A DNA stretch of 64,000 nt from an uncultured Gemmatimonadaceae bacterium (GTDB taxonomy: Bacteria; Gemmatimonadota; Gemmatimonadetes; Gemmatimonadales; Gemmatimonadaceae), in NCBI GenBank assembly GCA_963751275.1, contig CAVVTZ010000009.1:544001-608000 (forward strand). The letters are read 5' to 3'. The notes beneath the pieces were generated by a model that saw only the letters and a list, made by a program, of their open reading frames with translations, was not told where the DNA came from and ran no database searches. Each line of letters begins with the position of its first letter. The stretch's first letter is position 1. Positions 21,249-32,039 of the stretch are shown one piece after another. The translations under genes and the position numbers were made by a program.

Positions 21249-21830
21249 ATGTGGTGCGTCAGGGCGTGCGCAACGGCGTTCGCGGCGGCGGTGATCGCCG
21301 CGTGCGCCGGAGGGCCGCCGCCGGGCTCCCCGGGCGCCCCGGCGCCGGTGATCAAGATCCTCTTCCCGCTCGTGATCGATTCGGTGCGCTTCACCAGCGG
21401 GTGGGGCGACGATCGCGAGGGCGGCCGCCTGCACCACGGGCAGGACATGTTCTGCCCGAAGTGGACGCCCATCATGGCGGTCGTGAACGGCACGGTGGAC
21501 TGGATCCTCACCTCGCCACCGAAGCAGCCGAAGGGATATCACATCCTGCTGCGCGGCGATGATGGCAACGTCTACCTGTATGAGCACCTGAACAACGACG
21601 ACCCCGGCACGAGCGACAACAAGGGGGCGCCGCGCTATGCGTACGCGCGCAATCTGAAGAACGGCGACCGCGTGGAGGCCGGCGACATCATCGGGTACGT
21701 CGGCGATTCCGGGAACGCCGAGAAGTGGGGGGCGCATCTCCACTTCGAGATCCATATCGGGAAGTGGGGCAACCCGATCGACCCCGCGCCCTCGTTGCGC
21801 GCCGCCCTGGCGCGCCGGCGCGCGAATTCG
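21249..21830 (+). CDS. M23 family peptidase lipoprotein; no in-frame stop before susC2, so the end is approximate
   Basis: HHGQD, YEHL, IGYVGDSGNA, HLHFEIH and IDP motifs. Confidence 0.8.
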
Positions 21831-21881
21831 GGGATTCTTAGGGAACCCTGTAGGGGATCCTTACAATATGTCGGGACGTTC

Positions 21882-21910
21882 TTGACAGCCTTGTTACGGG
21901 GCCGTAAGCT
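21882..21910 (+). promoter_or_regulatory. Sigma70-type promoter for susC2
   Basis: TTGACA-17 nt-TAAGCT. Confidence 0.6.
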
Positions 21911-22070
21911 CGCGCTGACAGACCCGCTCCAGGCCGATCGCTCGCGCCGGAAATCCCGGCGCGTTCGTCGTACTGGACCTTGGAAAGGGAGGTGCGGCGA
22001 ACTGGACTTGCTACACGAACGTTCCGCAAAGGTTCCGTCAGCAGCACGATCTCCAATTCAGGAGGCGCGT

Positions 22071-25000
22071 ATGAAGTGGCGAGTTCTGTCAGTACTCGCA
22101 GTCCTCGCGTTGATGCCGCTCGCGGCATCGGCGCAACAGCAGGAAGGCTTGATCACCGGGAAAGTGACCAGCGACGCCGGGGCCCCAGTGGCCGGCGCGC
22201 AGGTCTACATCGAGAAGATGAATCTCGGGACGCAGACCAAAGATGACGGCACGTACCGGATCGTGATCCCCGCCGGCCGCGCCAACGGCCAGCAGGCGTC
22301 GCTCAGCGTGAAGCTCATCGGCTTCAAGCCGAAGTCCATCCTGGTGTCGCTCAAGCCCACCACGCAGACCATGGACTTCGTGCTCGGCGCGCAGGCCGTG
22401 GTGCTGCAGCAGGTCGTGATCACCGGAGAAGGGATCATGACCACGAACGAGAAGCTCGGTGAGACCGTGAACACCGTGCACTCGGACGCGATCACGGGAT
22501 CGAATGAGTCGAACCTGACCAACGCACTGTCGGCGAAGGCGCCGAACGTGCAGGTGCAGTCGTCCTCGGGCGACCCGGGTTCCTCGACGTCGATCCAGAT
22601 CCGCGGCCTGAAGACGTTCTCGGGCGACGGCCAGCCGCTGTTCGTCGTGGACGGCGTGCCGCTGGACAATTCGTCGGTCGGCACCGACCAGTACGCCGTG
22701 GGCAACCAGGGGCAGGGTGTCGTCACCTCGAACCGCATTGCCGACGTCAATCCGAATGACATCGAGAGTGTGACGATCCTGAAGGGCGCCGCCGCGGCCG
22801 CGATCTACGGCGCGCGCGCGTCGCAGGGCGTCGTGCTGATCACCACCAAGAGCGGCAAGTCGGGACAGACGCGCTACTCGTTCACGAGTTCGCTGTCGCT
22901 GAACGACGTCACGCAGGGCTACCCGCTGCAGACGACGTACGGACTCGGCGCCAATGGCATTGCGGCCACCTGCGACGCGACCTCCCTCCCGGGCAGCACG
23001 GACGGGGGCAGCGACTGTCTCGTGAGCACCGCGCGTTCGTGGGGCCCGGCCTTCGCGTCGGGCACCACCACCTACGACCACTTCGGCGGAATGTTCACCA
23101 CGGGGACGCTGTGGGACAACATCCTGTCAATGTCGGGGGGCGATGACCGCCGGAGCTTCTACTTCTCGGCGGGCTACTCCGCCAACGCGGGCAATGTCAC
23201 CGGCAACCAGAACGACTACAATCGCGCGACGTTCAAGCTGAAGGGTTCGCAGATGGTCACGGACCAGATGCAGATCTCGGCGAACTTCAACTACGTGAAC
23301 GTCACCGGCAATTTCATCCAGCGCGGCGACAACGTGGACGGCATCATGCTCGGCTCGCTGCGCACGCCCGCGAACTTCAACAACTTCGTCTATCTGGACA
23401 GCGCGTCCGGCCTGCAGCGGTCGTACCGTTATCCGAACCCGAGCGCATTCTCGACGACCACCAGCCGCGGATTCGACAACCCGATCTGGGTGGCGAACTC
23501 GATGCCGGCGACGCAGGACCTGAACCGGTTCTACGGCAACTTCATGTTCAACTGGACGCCGCAGGACTACCTGACCGTCCAGTGGACCCCGGGCGTCGAC
23601 TATTACGCCGACCAGCGCCTGGAAGCGTTCCCGCAGACGTCCTCGGGCTTCCCAACGGGGCAGATCTTCCGCACCGACATGAACAGCTTCATCGTGTCGA
23701 GCCTGCTCACGGTGATCGGGTCGCACACGTTCAACCCGAATTTCTCGGGCACGTTGACCCTCGGCAACGAGCTCAACAGCCAGCAGTTCAACCAGAACTT
23801 CGTGCAGGGCTTCACGCTCATCACGCCGCAGCCCTACACGATCTCCAACACGGTCAGCTGGTTCCCGAACGACGATGAGACGCTGGTGCACCGCCAGTCG
23901 TACTTCGCCCAGGCGACCGCGGACCTGTTCGACCAGCTCTACCTGACGCTGGCGATCCGCAACGACGGCTTCTCGACCTTCGCCCAGAACGATCCGCGGG
24001 CGTGGTACCCGAAGGCCAGCGCCGCGTGGACGTTCACCAAGACCACGGGCGCCACCAACTGGCTCCAATACGGGAAGATCCGCGCGGCGTACGGCGAGAC
24101 GGGGAAGGAGCCGCAGGCGTACTCGACGCTCAACAACTATCAGGTCAACAAGATCTACGAGTACGGCGGCGTCGGGTTCCTGAACAGCGTGTATGAAGGG
24201 ATCCCCGGCCTCACGTCGTCGACCCGCGTCGGCAACGATGCGCTGCAGCCGGAGCGCTCCAAGGAGTGGGAAACGGGCTTCGACCTGGGCTTCTTCAATG
24301 GCATGTCGGACCTGAGCTTCTCGTACTACAACAGCAACACCACGCAGGTGATCTTCCAGGTGCCGCTGCCGCCCTCGAGCGGTTACCAGAGCCAGGTGCA
24401 GAACGGCGCCACGATCTCGAACAAGGGTTACGAGGTCCAGCTGAACTTCAACTCACAGGCGCAGGCGAAGCTGCAGTGGTCGCTCGGTCTGCTCTGGGCC
24501 CAGAACCGGAACAACGTCGAGGCCATCAACGGCGCATCCATCGTCTTCCTGCCGAATTCGATCGTGAATGCGGTGGCGAAGGTCGGTTCGCCGGTGGGTT
24601 CGATCTACGGATATGACTTCTACCGCTGCGGCAAAGGCGAGACCGTTGCCGGCGTCGACATCGACACCACGCCGACGACTGGCGGCGGCTGCGGCTCGGG
24701 CTACGCCAAGAACGCCATGTACATCGGCGCCGACGGCTTCCCGATCATCAACACCGATTCCAATATCGTGCTGGGCAGCGCGCAGCCGAACTGGACGGGC
24801 GCGATCCGCGGCTCGATCACGCCGTACAAGAACCTCCAGTTCTCCTTTCTGTTCGACATTCGCAACGGGAGCCAGGCCTACAACGGCACCCGCGGCGCGC
24901 TGTACGTGTACGGCACGCACAAGGACACCGAGGTCCGCGGCCAGCACCTGGTCTTCGGCACCTCGATCGATCCGGGCGCCGTGGCCGGACCGGGCGCGGG

Positions 25001-25329
25001 GTCGGCCGTGCTCATCGAATGCGAACTGGTTCCAGGGCGACGGCGGGTCGTTCGGCAACAACACCGCCAGCTTCGTGGAAGACGCCGGATTCACCAAGCT
25101 CCGTGAGATCGCCCTCGCGTACACGTGGGACGGACGCTGGGTGACGCACAATCTCGGCCTGAGCAGCCTCCAGCTGCGCGTGGCCGGCCGCAATCTCTAC
25201 ACCTGGACCAAGTACACCGGCATCGACCCCGAATTCAATCTCGAGGGCGTGGCGCTGGTGCAGGGGGTGGACTGGTTCAGCAATCCGCAGACGCGCTCCT
25301 TCGTCATGTCCATCACTCTCAACCGCTAA
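22071..25329 (+). CDS. SusC/RagA TonB-dependent receptor (copy 2); +1 frameshift near 25018
   Basis: GGAGG RBS and MKWRVLSVL signal. Paralogous to copy 1 throughout; the C-terminus continues in ORF 24568..25329 (NWFQGDG...ITLNR). Confidence 0.93.
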
Positions 25330-25344
25330 CCAGAGGTGAGCACA

Positions 25345-26799
25345 ATGAAGAAGCAACTCAAGCTCGCACTGGCGGCGGCGACTTCGGTGCTGCTGCTGGC
25401 AGGCTGCACGGACTTCCTCAAGGGTCCCGGCCTGAGCACCAACCCCAACGTGCCGACGACCGCTTCGGCCGACCAGCTGTGGGTCGGATCGCAGGTGGCC
25501 GTGATGGCGCAGTGGGAGAATTACCCGTTCATGCTGTTCTTCCTGTGGGCGCAGCAGATCTCCGGCGTGAACCGGCAGTGGCAGAACTACGCCCGCTTCC
25601 AGGCCGGGACCGATCAGAACGCCGCCGACGGCGCCTTCAACCAGACGTACGGCCCCGGCGGGCTCGTGGATCTGCGGCAGGTGGATACAATGGCCACGCA
25701 TGCCGGCAATATGAAGATGCGTGGTGAATCGGAAGTGCTCGAAGCGCTGTACATCGGAACGGCCGCCGATATCTTCGGCTCCGTCCCGTACAGCACCGCG
25801 CTCACTCCCGTGCCGACGTACGACACGCAGGCGGACGTGTATGATGAGGTGCAGACGACGCTGAACAACGCGATCAACGACCTCAACAGCGCGCCGTCAT
25901 CGACGAACGCCGGTCCGGTGGCCGACTTCTTCTTCGGGAACGACTACACGAAGTGGATCGCGGCCGCGAACACGCTCAAGGCGCGGTTCTTCATGCACAC
26001 CGCGCGCACGGGCGCCACGACGTACAGCGCCACGATCCTCGACTCCGTGATCAAGTACACGCAGATCGGGATCTCGAGCTCGGCCGGTGATCTGTCCACG
26101 ACCCACACGGGCACGCCGGGGGAGCAGAATCTGTTCTACAGCTTCCTCTTCAGCCGCGCGGGCGACGTGGAACCGGCCGCGATGCACATCAATCTGTCCA
26201 AGCAGGCGGGCGAGGCGGCGATGCTCACCCAGTATTACCTGCCGAACTCGATCGACAGCATCGTCGGTTCCGGCCCGGATGCTTCATCGCCGGGCGTTTC
26301 CGCGTTCGCTACGCAGCCCACGACGCCGGTGCCGATCGTGACCTACGTCGAGAACCAGATGCTGCTGGCGGAAGCCAACCTCATCAACGGGACCTCCGTT
26401 GGCGGGACGCCGCTGGCGATCCTGAACGCGTATCGCGCGACGGTGGGTGCGGCGGCGCTCGGTTCCTCGGGCGCGGTGCTCCACCAGAATATCATCCGCG
26501 AGAAGTACATCCACATCTTCTTCAATATCGAAGTGTGGGATGACTATCTCCGGACCTGCTATCCGAACGTTCCGATGACGGCTCAAATGCAGTCGCCCGG
26601 CGGAAGCGCGGGGCCGTACGTGCCCGCGCGGCTGCCGATCGGCATCACGGAACAGTCGGCGAACCCGAACGTCCCGGCGACCATCCCGGGCGGCCAGCCA
26701 ATGAACGGCAACGACGCCGCGAACCCGACCAATCCAAAGAATCTGGTGGATCTGGTAGGGGCCGCGTGCGCCGGACAAGTGAATCGGCCGGGGACTTGA
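25345..26799 (+). CDS. SusD/RagB lipoprotein (copy 2)
   Basis: LAGC lipobox, TNPNVP, KWIAAANTLKARF. Confidence 0.92.
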   Translation: MKKQLKLALAAATSVLLLAGCTDFLKGPGLSTNPNVPTTASADQLWVGSQVAVMAQWENYPFMLFFLWAQQISGVNRQWQNYARFQAGTDQNAADGAFNQTYGPGGLVDLRQVDTMATHAGNMKMRGESEVLEALYIGTAADIFGSVPYSTALTPVPTYDTQADVYDEVQTTLNNAINDLNSAPSSTNAGPVADFFFGNDYTKWIAAANTLKARFFMHTARTGATTYSATILDSVIKYTQIGISSSAGDLSTTHTGTPGEQNLFYSFLFSRAGDVEPAAMHINLSKQAGEAAMLTQYYLPNSIDSIVGSGPDASSPGVSAFATQPTTPVPIVTYVENQMLLAEANLINGTSVGGTPLAILNAYRATVGAAALGSSGAVLHQNIIREKYIHIFFNIEVWDDYLRTCYPNVPMTAQMQSPGGSAGPYVPARLPIGITEQSANPNVPATIPGGQPMNGNDAANPTNPKNLVDLVGAACAGQVNRPGT

Positions 26800-26821
26800 T
26801 ACTCCCGACGGTTGCCTGACG

Positions 26822-26862
26822 TGAAGAAGCCCGGGTCAATGTCGACCCGGGCTTCTTCATTT
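26822..26862 (+). terminator. Intrinsic terminator after susD2
   Basis: tgaagaagcccgggtc-loop-gacccgggcttcttca followed by ttt. Confidence 0.8.
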
Positions 26863-26889
26863 CCGCAACGCCAGGTCCGTACTTGGTGC

Positions 26890-27642
26890 CCCGAACGCCG
26901 TGAGTCACGAGGCGTACGTCGAACTGACTGTGCGGCGTGACTCGCAACCCGAACACCGTGAGTCGAGACCCGAGAGCCGTGACTCGTACCCCCAACGCCG
27001 CGAGTCACTCGTCAGCCCTCGGCGTGGGCGGGAGCGGGGGCTTCCCGGGACTTGCGGAGCATCACGCGCAGGATGCGCGAGATCGCCGAGTGGAGGCCAA
27101 TGCGCGAGTTCGCGACGGAGGGACTCAGTTGGTCGCGTGCGCGGTAGTACCACTCGCGGGACTCGCGCGCCGAACCGAGCGCATACTCGTAGAAGCGGGC
27201 GCGGTCGCGGCGGCCGAGTCGGCTGTATCCTTCGGCGATGTTCACGCCGCTCGATGCCGTGGCGCGTTTGAGTTGGTCCGCGACCTGCGCGGACTGGGGA
27301 TGCGCAATCAGTCGCTCCGCGTCCCGTGCCCCGAGCTCCGCGGCGTAGAGCGCGGCACGGTAAACGCGCATCCCCCAGATCGCATCACCACGGATCGCGA
27401 CTGGCACCAATGCTTCCCACATCTCGTATTTCACCGCTCGCCTCCGTACACGCAGGGGGCGGAACGATCGTGACGGACTGCCTACTCGCCATCACCGATT
27501 CGTTTCAACCGGAATCCCCCCGCCGCACTCACGGCGTTGGGGGTTCGAGTCACGGCTCTCGGGTGTCGACTCACGGTGTTCGGGTTGCGAGTCACGCCGT
27601 ACAGTCAGTTCGACGTACGCCTCATGACTCACGGCCTTCGGG
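26890..27642. mobile_element. Inverted-repeat cassette 1: 116-bp arms enclosing a four-helix-bundle gene
   Basis: Arms 26890-27005 and 27527-27642 are reverse complements with 6 mismatches and internal 21-bp subrepeats. Mobility is inferred. Confidence 0.7.
27012..27434 (-). CDS. Four-helix-bundle protein (23S rRNA IVS protein / bAvd-like family)
   Basis: RVY..A, DQLKRA..S...NIAEGY.R, RFYEYALGSARE; GGAGG RBS before GTG. Confidence 0.92.
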   Translation of the reverse strand: MKYEMWEALVPVAIRGDAIWGMRVYRAALYAAELGARDAERLIAHPQSAQVADQLKRATASSGVNIAEGYSRLGRRDRARFYEYALGSARESREWYYRARDQLSPSVANSRIGLHSAISRILRVMLRKSREAPAPAHAEG

Positions 27643-27643
27643 T

Positions 27644-28529
27644 CTAGTCCGGGATAGCGGTTCCCGGGAGAACGTACGTCAACGGGTCCACCGCGCGGCC
27701 GTTCACGTGGATCTCGTAATGCGAGATGCGGCCCCGTCGAGAGCCCCGTGTTGCCGATGTTCGCGATCACCTGGCCGCGCTTCACCTTCTGGCCGACCCG
27801 CACGACGATGCGCGAGCAGTGCGCGTACTTCGTGGTGATCCCGAAGCCGTGGTCGATCTCGAGCACGTTGCCGTAGCCCGTTTCCTTGCGCACGGCCGTG
27901 ACGACGCCGCCGGCGGGGGCGACGATCGGCGCGCCCATGGGCGCGCTCACGTCGATCCCCTCGTGCGGGCGCGCAATGTGCAGAATGGGATGGAAGCGCG
28001 AACGGCTGAACGTGCTCGAGAGCCAGCCGGCGGTGGGCATGATGCTCGGGATCGACTGGAATTTCGCGGCACCGGCGCGCAGCGTATCGGAGACCTCGGC
28101 GAAGCTCGCCGAGAGTGTTTTGGCGCGCGCGATCATGCCGTCGATGTCGGGCTCATCGCTGGCGAGTCCCAGCGCGGTGAGATCCCGCCTCGTGGAATCG
28201 TGGCGCGCGGCGTAGGTGTCATCCGAGGACAGCCCCGCGAGCAGGCGGATCTCCGTGTCGCGGCGGTCGATCTCCTCGAGCGTGGTGCTCAGCGTGTCGA
28301 TCTGCGCGCGGAGGGTGCCGACGGCCACGCGAAGGCTCGCGTCGTCCTGGCCGCGCAGGTAGCGCGAAATGGAATACGCCCCGATCCCGAGCCCGACCAG
28401 CGCCAGGACCGCCAGCGTTCCCACGCCATACATGGCCCAACGCGCGCCCCGCTCCGAGACATGGAGCTGGCGCGGCGAATCGGCCCCATGGGGGACGAGG
28501 AGGAGGGTCCAGCGGAGGGGAGAGGGCAA
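27644..28529 (-). CDS. M23 family metallopeptidase with TM helix and coiled coil; frameshift near 27722
   Basis: PSIMP..G, HEGID, YAH, GNTGLSTGPHL|HYEIHVNG..VDP; corrected stop TAG at 27644-27646. Confidence 0.9.
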
Positions 28530-28532
28530 AGG

Positions 28533-28662
28533 ACTTGGGAGTCGGGAGTCGGGAATCGAGGGTCTAAACCTACCCCTTTAAGACTCCCGGCGGGAGAGTG
28601 CCGTCACGGCCCTAATTGGGGTCCGAAGGCGCAGTTCCCGATTCCCGACTCCCGATTCCCGA
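28533..28662. repeat. Inverted pair of short heptamer tandem repeats (GGGAGTC / GACTCCC-type)
   Basis: gggagtcgggagtcgggaatcg versus ttcccgattcccgactcccgattcccg. Confidence 0.7.
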
Positions 28663-28671
28663 ACTTTACGC

Positions 28672-29340
28672 CTACTGGTAAAGCGCGGGAAACTCTTTCT
28701 TCAGCGCCTCGACCTTGGGTATGTCGTTGTAGACGATGTACGGCTGGTCCGGGTGCTTATCCAGGTAGCCCTGATGGTAGTCCTCGGCCGCGTAGAACTT
28801 CTTGAGCTGGGAGACTTCCGTCACGATCGGCGCCGGGTAGACCTTCGCGGCAGTGAGCTGCGCGATGTACGCCTTCGCGAGCTTTGCCTGCTCGGCGTTC
28901 GTGTAGAAGATGGCCGAGCGGTACTGCGTGCCGTGGTCGGGGCCCTGGTAGTTGAGCTCGGTGGGGTTATGCGCGACCGAGAAGAAGACCTTGAGCAGTT
29001 CGCCGTAGGTGATCTTGCTCGGATCGTAGATGACCTGCACCGATTCGGCGTGGCCGGTGGTGCCGGTGCTCACGAGTTCGTAGCCCGGGTCGCTCACTGT
29101 GCCGCCGGCGTAGCCGGAGGTGGAGGAGATGACGCCCTTCACATGCTCGAACACGGCCTGAACGCCCCAGAAGCAGCCGCCGGCGAACACGGCGGTGTCG
29201 CGCGCGGGGGCGGAGGCGAGGGCCGCATTCTGCTCGGGATCGGGCACAGGAACCGTCGCGCCAGCGTTGCCGCAGGCGATGGCGAGAGCAAGGGGGAGCA
29301 TCGCGATCATCATCGCGAGGTGGGGAATCGTGCCGCGCAT
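28672..29340 (-). CDS. msrA: Peptide-methionine (S)-S-oxide reductase, exported
   Basis: FAGGCFWG, TGHAE, QYRSAIF, AEDYHQ; N-terminal lipoprotein-like signal. Confidence 0.97.
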   Translation of the reverse strand: MRGTIPHLAMMIAMLPLALAIACGNAGATVPVPDPEQNAALASAPARDTAVFAGGCFWGVQAVFEHVKGVISSTSGYAGGTVSDPGYELVSTGTTGHAESVQVIYDPSKITYGELLKVFFSVAHNPTELNYQGPDHGTQYRSAIFYTNAEQAKLAKAYIAQLTAAKVYPAPIVTEVSQLKKFYAAEDYHQGYLDKHPDQPYIVYNDIPKVEALKKEFPALYQ

Positions 29341-29417
29341 GGTAGGTCTCCTTCGGTGGTGTGTTCAAGTTCATTGAACCAATACTTCGTGATCATGCGA
29401 GTTCCGTGACTGCGAAC

Positions 29418-30101
29418 CCCGAACTCCGTACTTGGTCACCCGAACTCCGCCATTGGCAACTGAGGCATGGTCACGGCTCAGGCGGTGCTAGCAAGGGGCG
29501 GGCGCGTGGGGGAATGCGATGTCGCGTGAAATGGGACGGTGATGAGAGGGGGTCGGCGATACGTGATCATCATTCATCGTCGGCCGGAGGAATCAGTGAG
29601 CTACGAAGCGTGGGAAATGTCGGTGCCCGAACACATCAAGACCGATCCGTTGTGGGGACTTCGCGTTTATCGTGCTGCCATGTACGCCGCCGAGGTCGGG
29701 CGGCGCGACTCGGCGTGGCTGGCGAGAAAACAGGGATTCGAGGAACTGGCGCAACAACTGAGACGATCGACGTCATCGATCCCCGCGAACATGGCGGAGG
29801 GCTACAGCCGCAATGGTAAGCGCGATCGGAATCGCTTCTACGAATACGCCCTGGGCTCCGCGCGCGAATCGCGCACTTGGTACTATCAAGCGCGTGATGT
29901 GCTCGGCCCCAACGCCACGCACTCCCGCATCGCCCTGCACACCACCATCGCCCGCATTCTCGCAGTCCTTGTTCGCCGAGACCGCGAGGCAGCCGTGCCC
30001 ATCACCGAACCCGAACCATAACGATTCCCATATCCGCACAAGCCGTGACTACGCCTCAGTTGCCAATGGCGGAGTTAGGGTGACCAAGTACGGCGTTCGG
30101 G
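29418..30101. mobile_element. Inverted-repeat cassette 2: 61-bp arms enclosing a four-helix-bundle gene
   Basis: Arms 29418-29478 and 30041-30101 with 4 mismatches; sits between msrB and msrA. Confidence 0.7.
29596..30021 (+). CDS. Four-helix-bundle protein, paralog of 27012..27434
   Basis: GGAGG RBS and GTG29596 align with the paralog's start; QQLRRS..SIPANMAEGYSR and RFYEYALGSARESR.WYY. Confidence 0.92.
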   Translation: MSYEAWEMSVPEHIKTDPLWGLRVYRAAMYAAEVGRRDSAWLARKQGFEELAQQLRRSTSSIPANMAEGYSRNGKRDRNRFYEYALGSARESRTWYYQARDVLGPNATHSRIALHTTIARILAVLVRRDREAAVPITEPEP

Positions 30102-30102
30102 T

Positions 30103-30705
30103 CTAGGAAGTCTTCACGAACTTGAGAGCGACCGAATTGATGCAGTATCGAAGCCCCGTGGGTTTCGGCCCGTCTTCGAATACATGCCCTTGATGCGCAT
30201 CGCACCGCTTGCATTTGATCTCCGCCTTCGCGCCGTAGCCGGTGTACGGCGTCTCGAGCACGTTGTCCTGCGCGATCGGCTGCCAGAAGCTCGGCCAGCC
30301 GGTGCCGGAGTCGAACTTGGCGGCCGAGCTGAACAGCGCGGTATCGCAACAGATGCACCGGTAGATCCCGGCGTCGTGGAATTCGTCGTACTGGCCGGTG
30401 AAGGCGCGCTCGGTGCCTTCCTGCCGCGTGATGTAGTACGATTCCGGCGACAGCTGCGCTTTCCATTCCGCGTCGGTCTTCATGATCTTCGGCACCTTCT
30501 TCGCGCCGAGGTTCTTGCCGGCGGCGGAGAATTCGACGATGAGCACGTCGGTCATGGCAGTCATTGCGTCGAGGGGCGGGAGGTTCGTCTTGCGGCGGAA
30601 GGCGGCGAGCATCGCGGTGGCGGCGGCGACGCCGCCGGCCGCGAGGAACGCGCGCCGCGAACTGGGCGCGAACATGAAGTCGCTCCCCGGATCGGTCTTG
30701 GTCAT
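30103..30705 (-). CDS. msrB: Peptide-methionine (R)-S-oxide reductase with Tat signal
   Basis: [32 protein letters not shown], two CxxC motifs; SRRAFL Tat motif. Confidence 0.97.
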   Translation of the reverse strand: MTKTDPGSDFMFAPSSRRAFLAAGGVAAATAMLAAFRRKTNLPPLDAMTAMTDVLIVEFSAAGKNLGAKKVPKIMKTDAEWKAQLSPESYYITRQEGTERAFTGQYDEFHDAGIYRCICCDTALFSSAAKFDSGTGWPSFWQPIAQDNVLETPYTGYGAKAEIKCKRCDAHQGHVFEDGPKPTGLRYCINSVALKFVKTS

Positions 30706-30803
30706 GGTTGCGTTGGGTTGTGGTGCCGGTACGCCATATGAACCTGTACGCGCCGAATTGGTTCCCGGATTGACATTAAGCGAACTTCCTCCGAAATCAT
30801 ACC

Positions 30804-32039
30804 ATGCAGATTAGAATCGGAACCATCGCCGTAGCGCTGTGGCTGGCCGCGGGCACGAGTCCGTCCCTCGCACAGACCCCGCCGGCAACAGTCGCCAGTC
30901 GACAGTCGACGTCTGCCGTTGTCGTTCTCGCATTCGACGGCTTCGCCCGCCGTTACCTGGACCAGGACTCCGCGCCCACCTTCCACATGCTGGCGCGCGA
31001 GGGGGTGCTGGCCGACGCGATGATCCCCAGCTTCCCGACTCTCACCTTCCCGAATTTCTACACACTCGCCACGGGATTGTACCCCGCGCATACGGGGATC
31101 GTGAACAACCGATTTTGGGACCCGTCGTTCAACGCGATGTTCATCTACACGGGGGCGATGGCCAAGGAGGCGCGATGGTGGGGCGGGGAACCGATCTGGG
31201 CCACCGCGCAGAAGCAGGGGCTGCGCAGCGCGTCGATGTTCTGGGTGGGGAGCGAGGCGCCGATCGAGGGGATCCAGCCGACGATCTTCATTCCCTTCGA
31301 CAAGCGGATCCAGTTCGAGTCGCGCGTGGTGCAGATGCTCAGCTGGCTGTCGCTGCCGGATTCCGTGCGGCCGAACCTGATCATGGGGTACTTCGAGGAG
31401 CCCGACCATACGGGGCACGACTTCGGCCCCGACGCGCCGGAGACGGCAGCGCAGGTGCTGCGCGCGGACAGCATGCTCGCGATGTTCGTGAACGGGCTGC
31501 GCGCGCGCGGGCTGTACGACAAGGTGAATCTCCTCGTGCTCGCCGACCACGGGATGGCCACGATCTCCAAGGATCGCGTGCTGTATCTGGACGACGCGGT
31601 CGATTCCGCGAGCGTGCGGGTGGTGGGAGAGACGAGCCCCGTGCTCACGATCAGCGCGCGCGATGGGAATGATTCTGCGCTCGTGCGGCAGCTTCGCACA
31701 CTGCCCCATCTCACCGTGTGGCCCAAGGACAGCATTCCCTCGCGGCTGCATTTCTGCTGCAACGCGCGCATCACTTCGGTGGTCGCGGTGACGGACGACG
31801 GCTGGAGCATCACGTGGCGGCACGCGAAGCCATCGAAGCAGCGGGGCGCGCACGGCTATGACAACGCGGACCCGAACATGCGGGCGCTGTTCATCGCGCA
31901 CGGGCCGGCGTTCAAGGCGGGCACGACTCTGCCGGCGTTCGAGAATGTGAATGTCTACTCGCTGATCGCGGATCTGCTCGGTGTGACGCCGGCGCCGAAT
32001 GACGGGAGCCTGGCGCCGTTCGCGGCAGTATTGAAGTAG
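30804..32039 (+). CDS. Type I nucleotide pyrophosphatase/phosphodiesterase
   Basis: [40 protein letters not shown]. Confidence 0.95.
   Translation: MQIRIGTIAVALWLAAGTSPSLAQTPPATVASRQSTSAVVVLAFDGFARRYLDQDSAPTFHMLAREGVLADAMIPSFPTLTFPNFYTLATGLYPAHTGIVNNRFWDPSFNAMFIYTGAMAKEARWWGGEPIWATAQKQGLRSASMFWVGSEAPIEGIQPTIFIPFDKRIQFESRVVQMLSWLSLPDSVRPNLIMGYFEEPDHTGHDFGPDAPETAAQVLRADSMLAMFVNGLRARGLYDKVNLLVLADHGMATISKDRVLYLDDAVDSASVRVVGETSPVLTISARDGNDSALVRQLRTLPHLTVWPKDSIPSRLHFCCNARITSVVAVTDDGWSITWRHAKPSKQRGAHGYDNADPNMRALFIAHGPAFKAGTTLPAFENVNVYSLIADLLGVTPAPNDGSLAPFAAVLK

Noticed and set aside
26890..27642. Classical IS element
   Set aside because: No transposase motif and no evident target-site duplication.
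27492..27643. M23 C-terminal extension through the repeat arm
   Set aside because: This is an artefact of the frameshift near 27722; the corrected gene stops at 27644.
26890..30101. Diversity-generating retroelement (Avd-like genes plus repeats)
   Set aside because: There is no reverse transcriptase in the window. The repeats are inverted and non-coding, and the mismatches are not adenine-specific.
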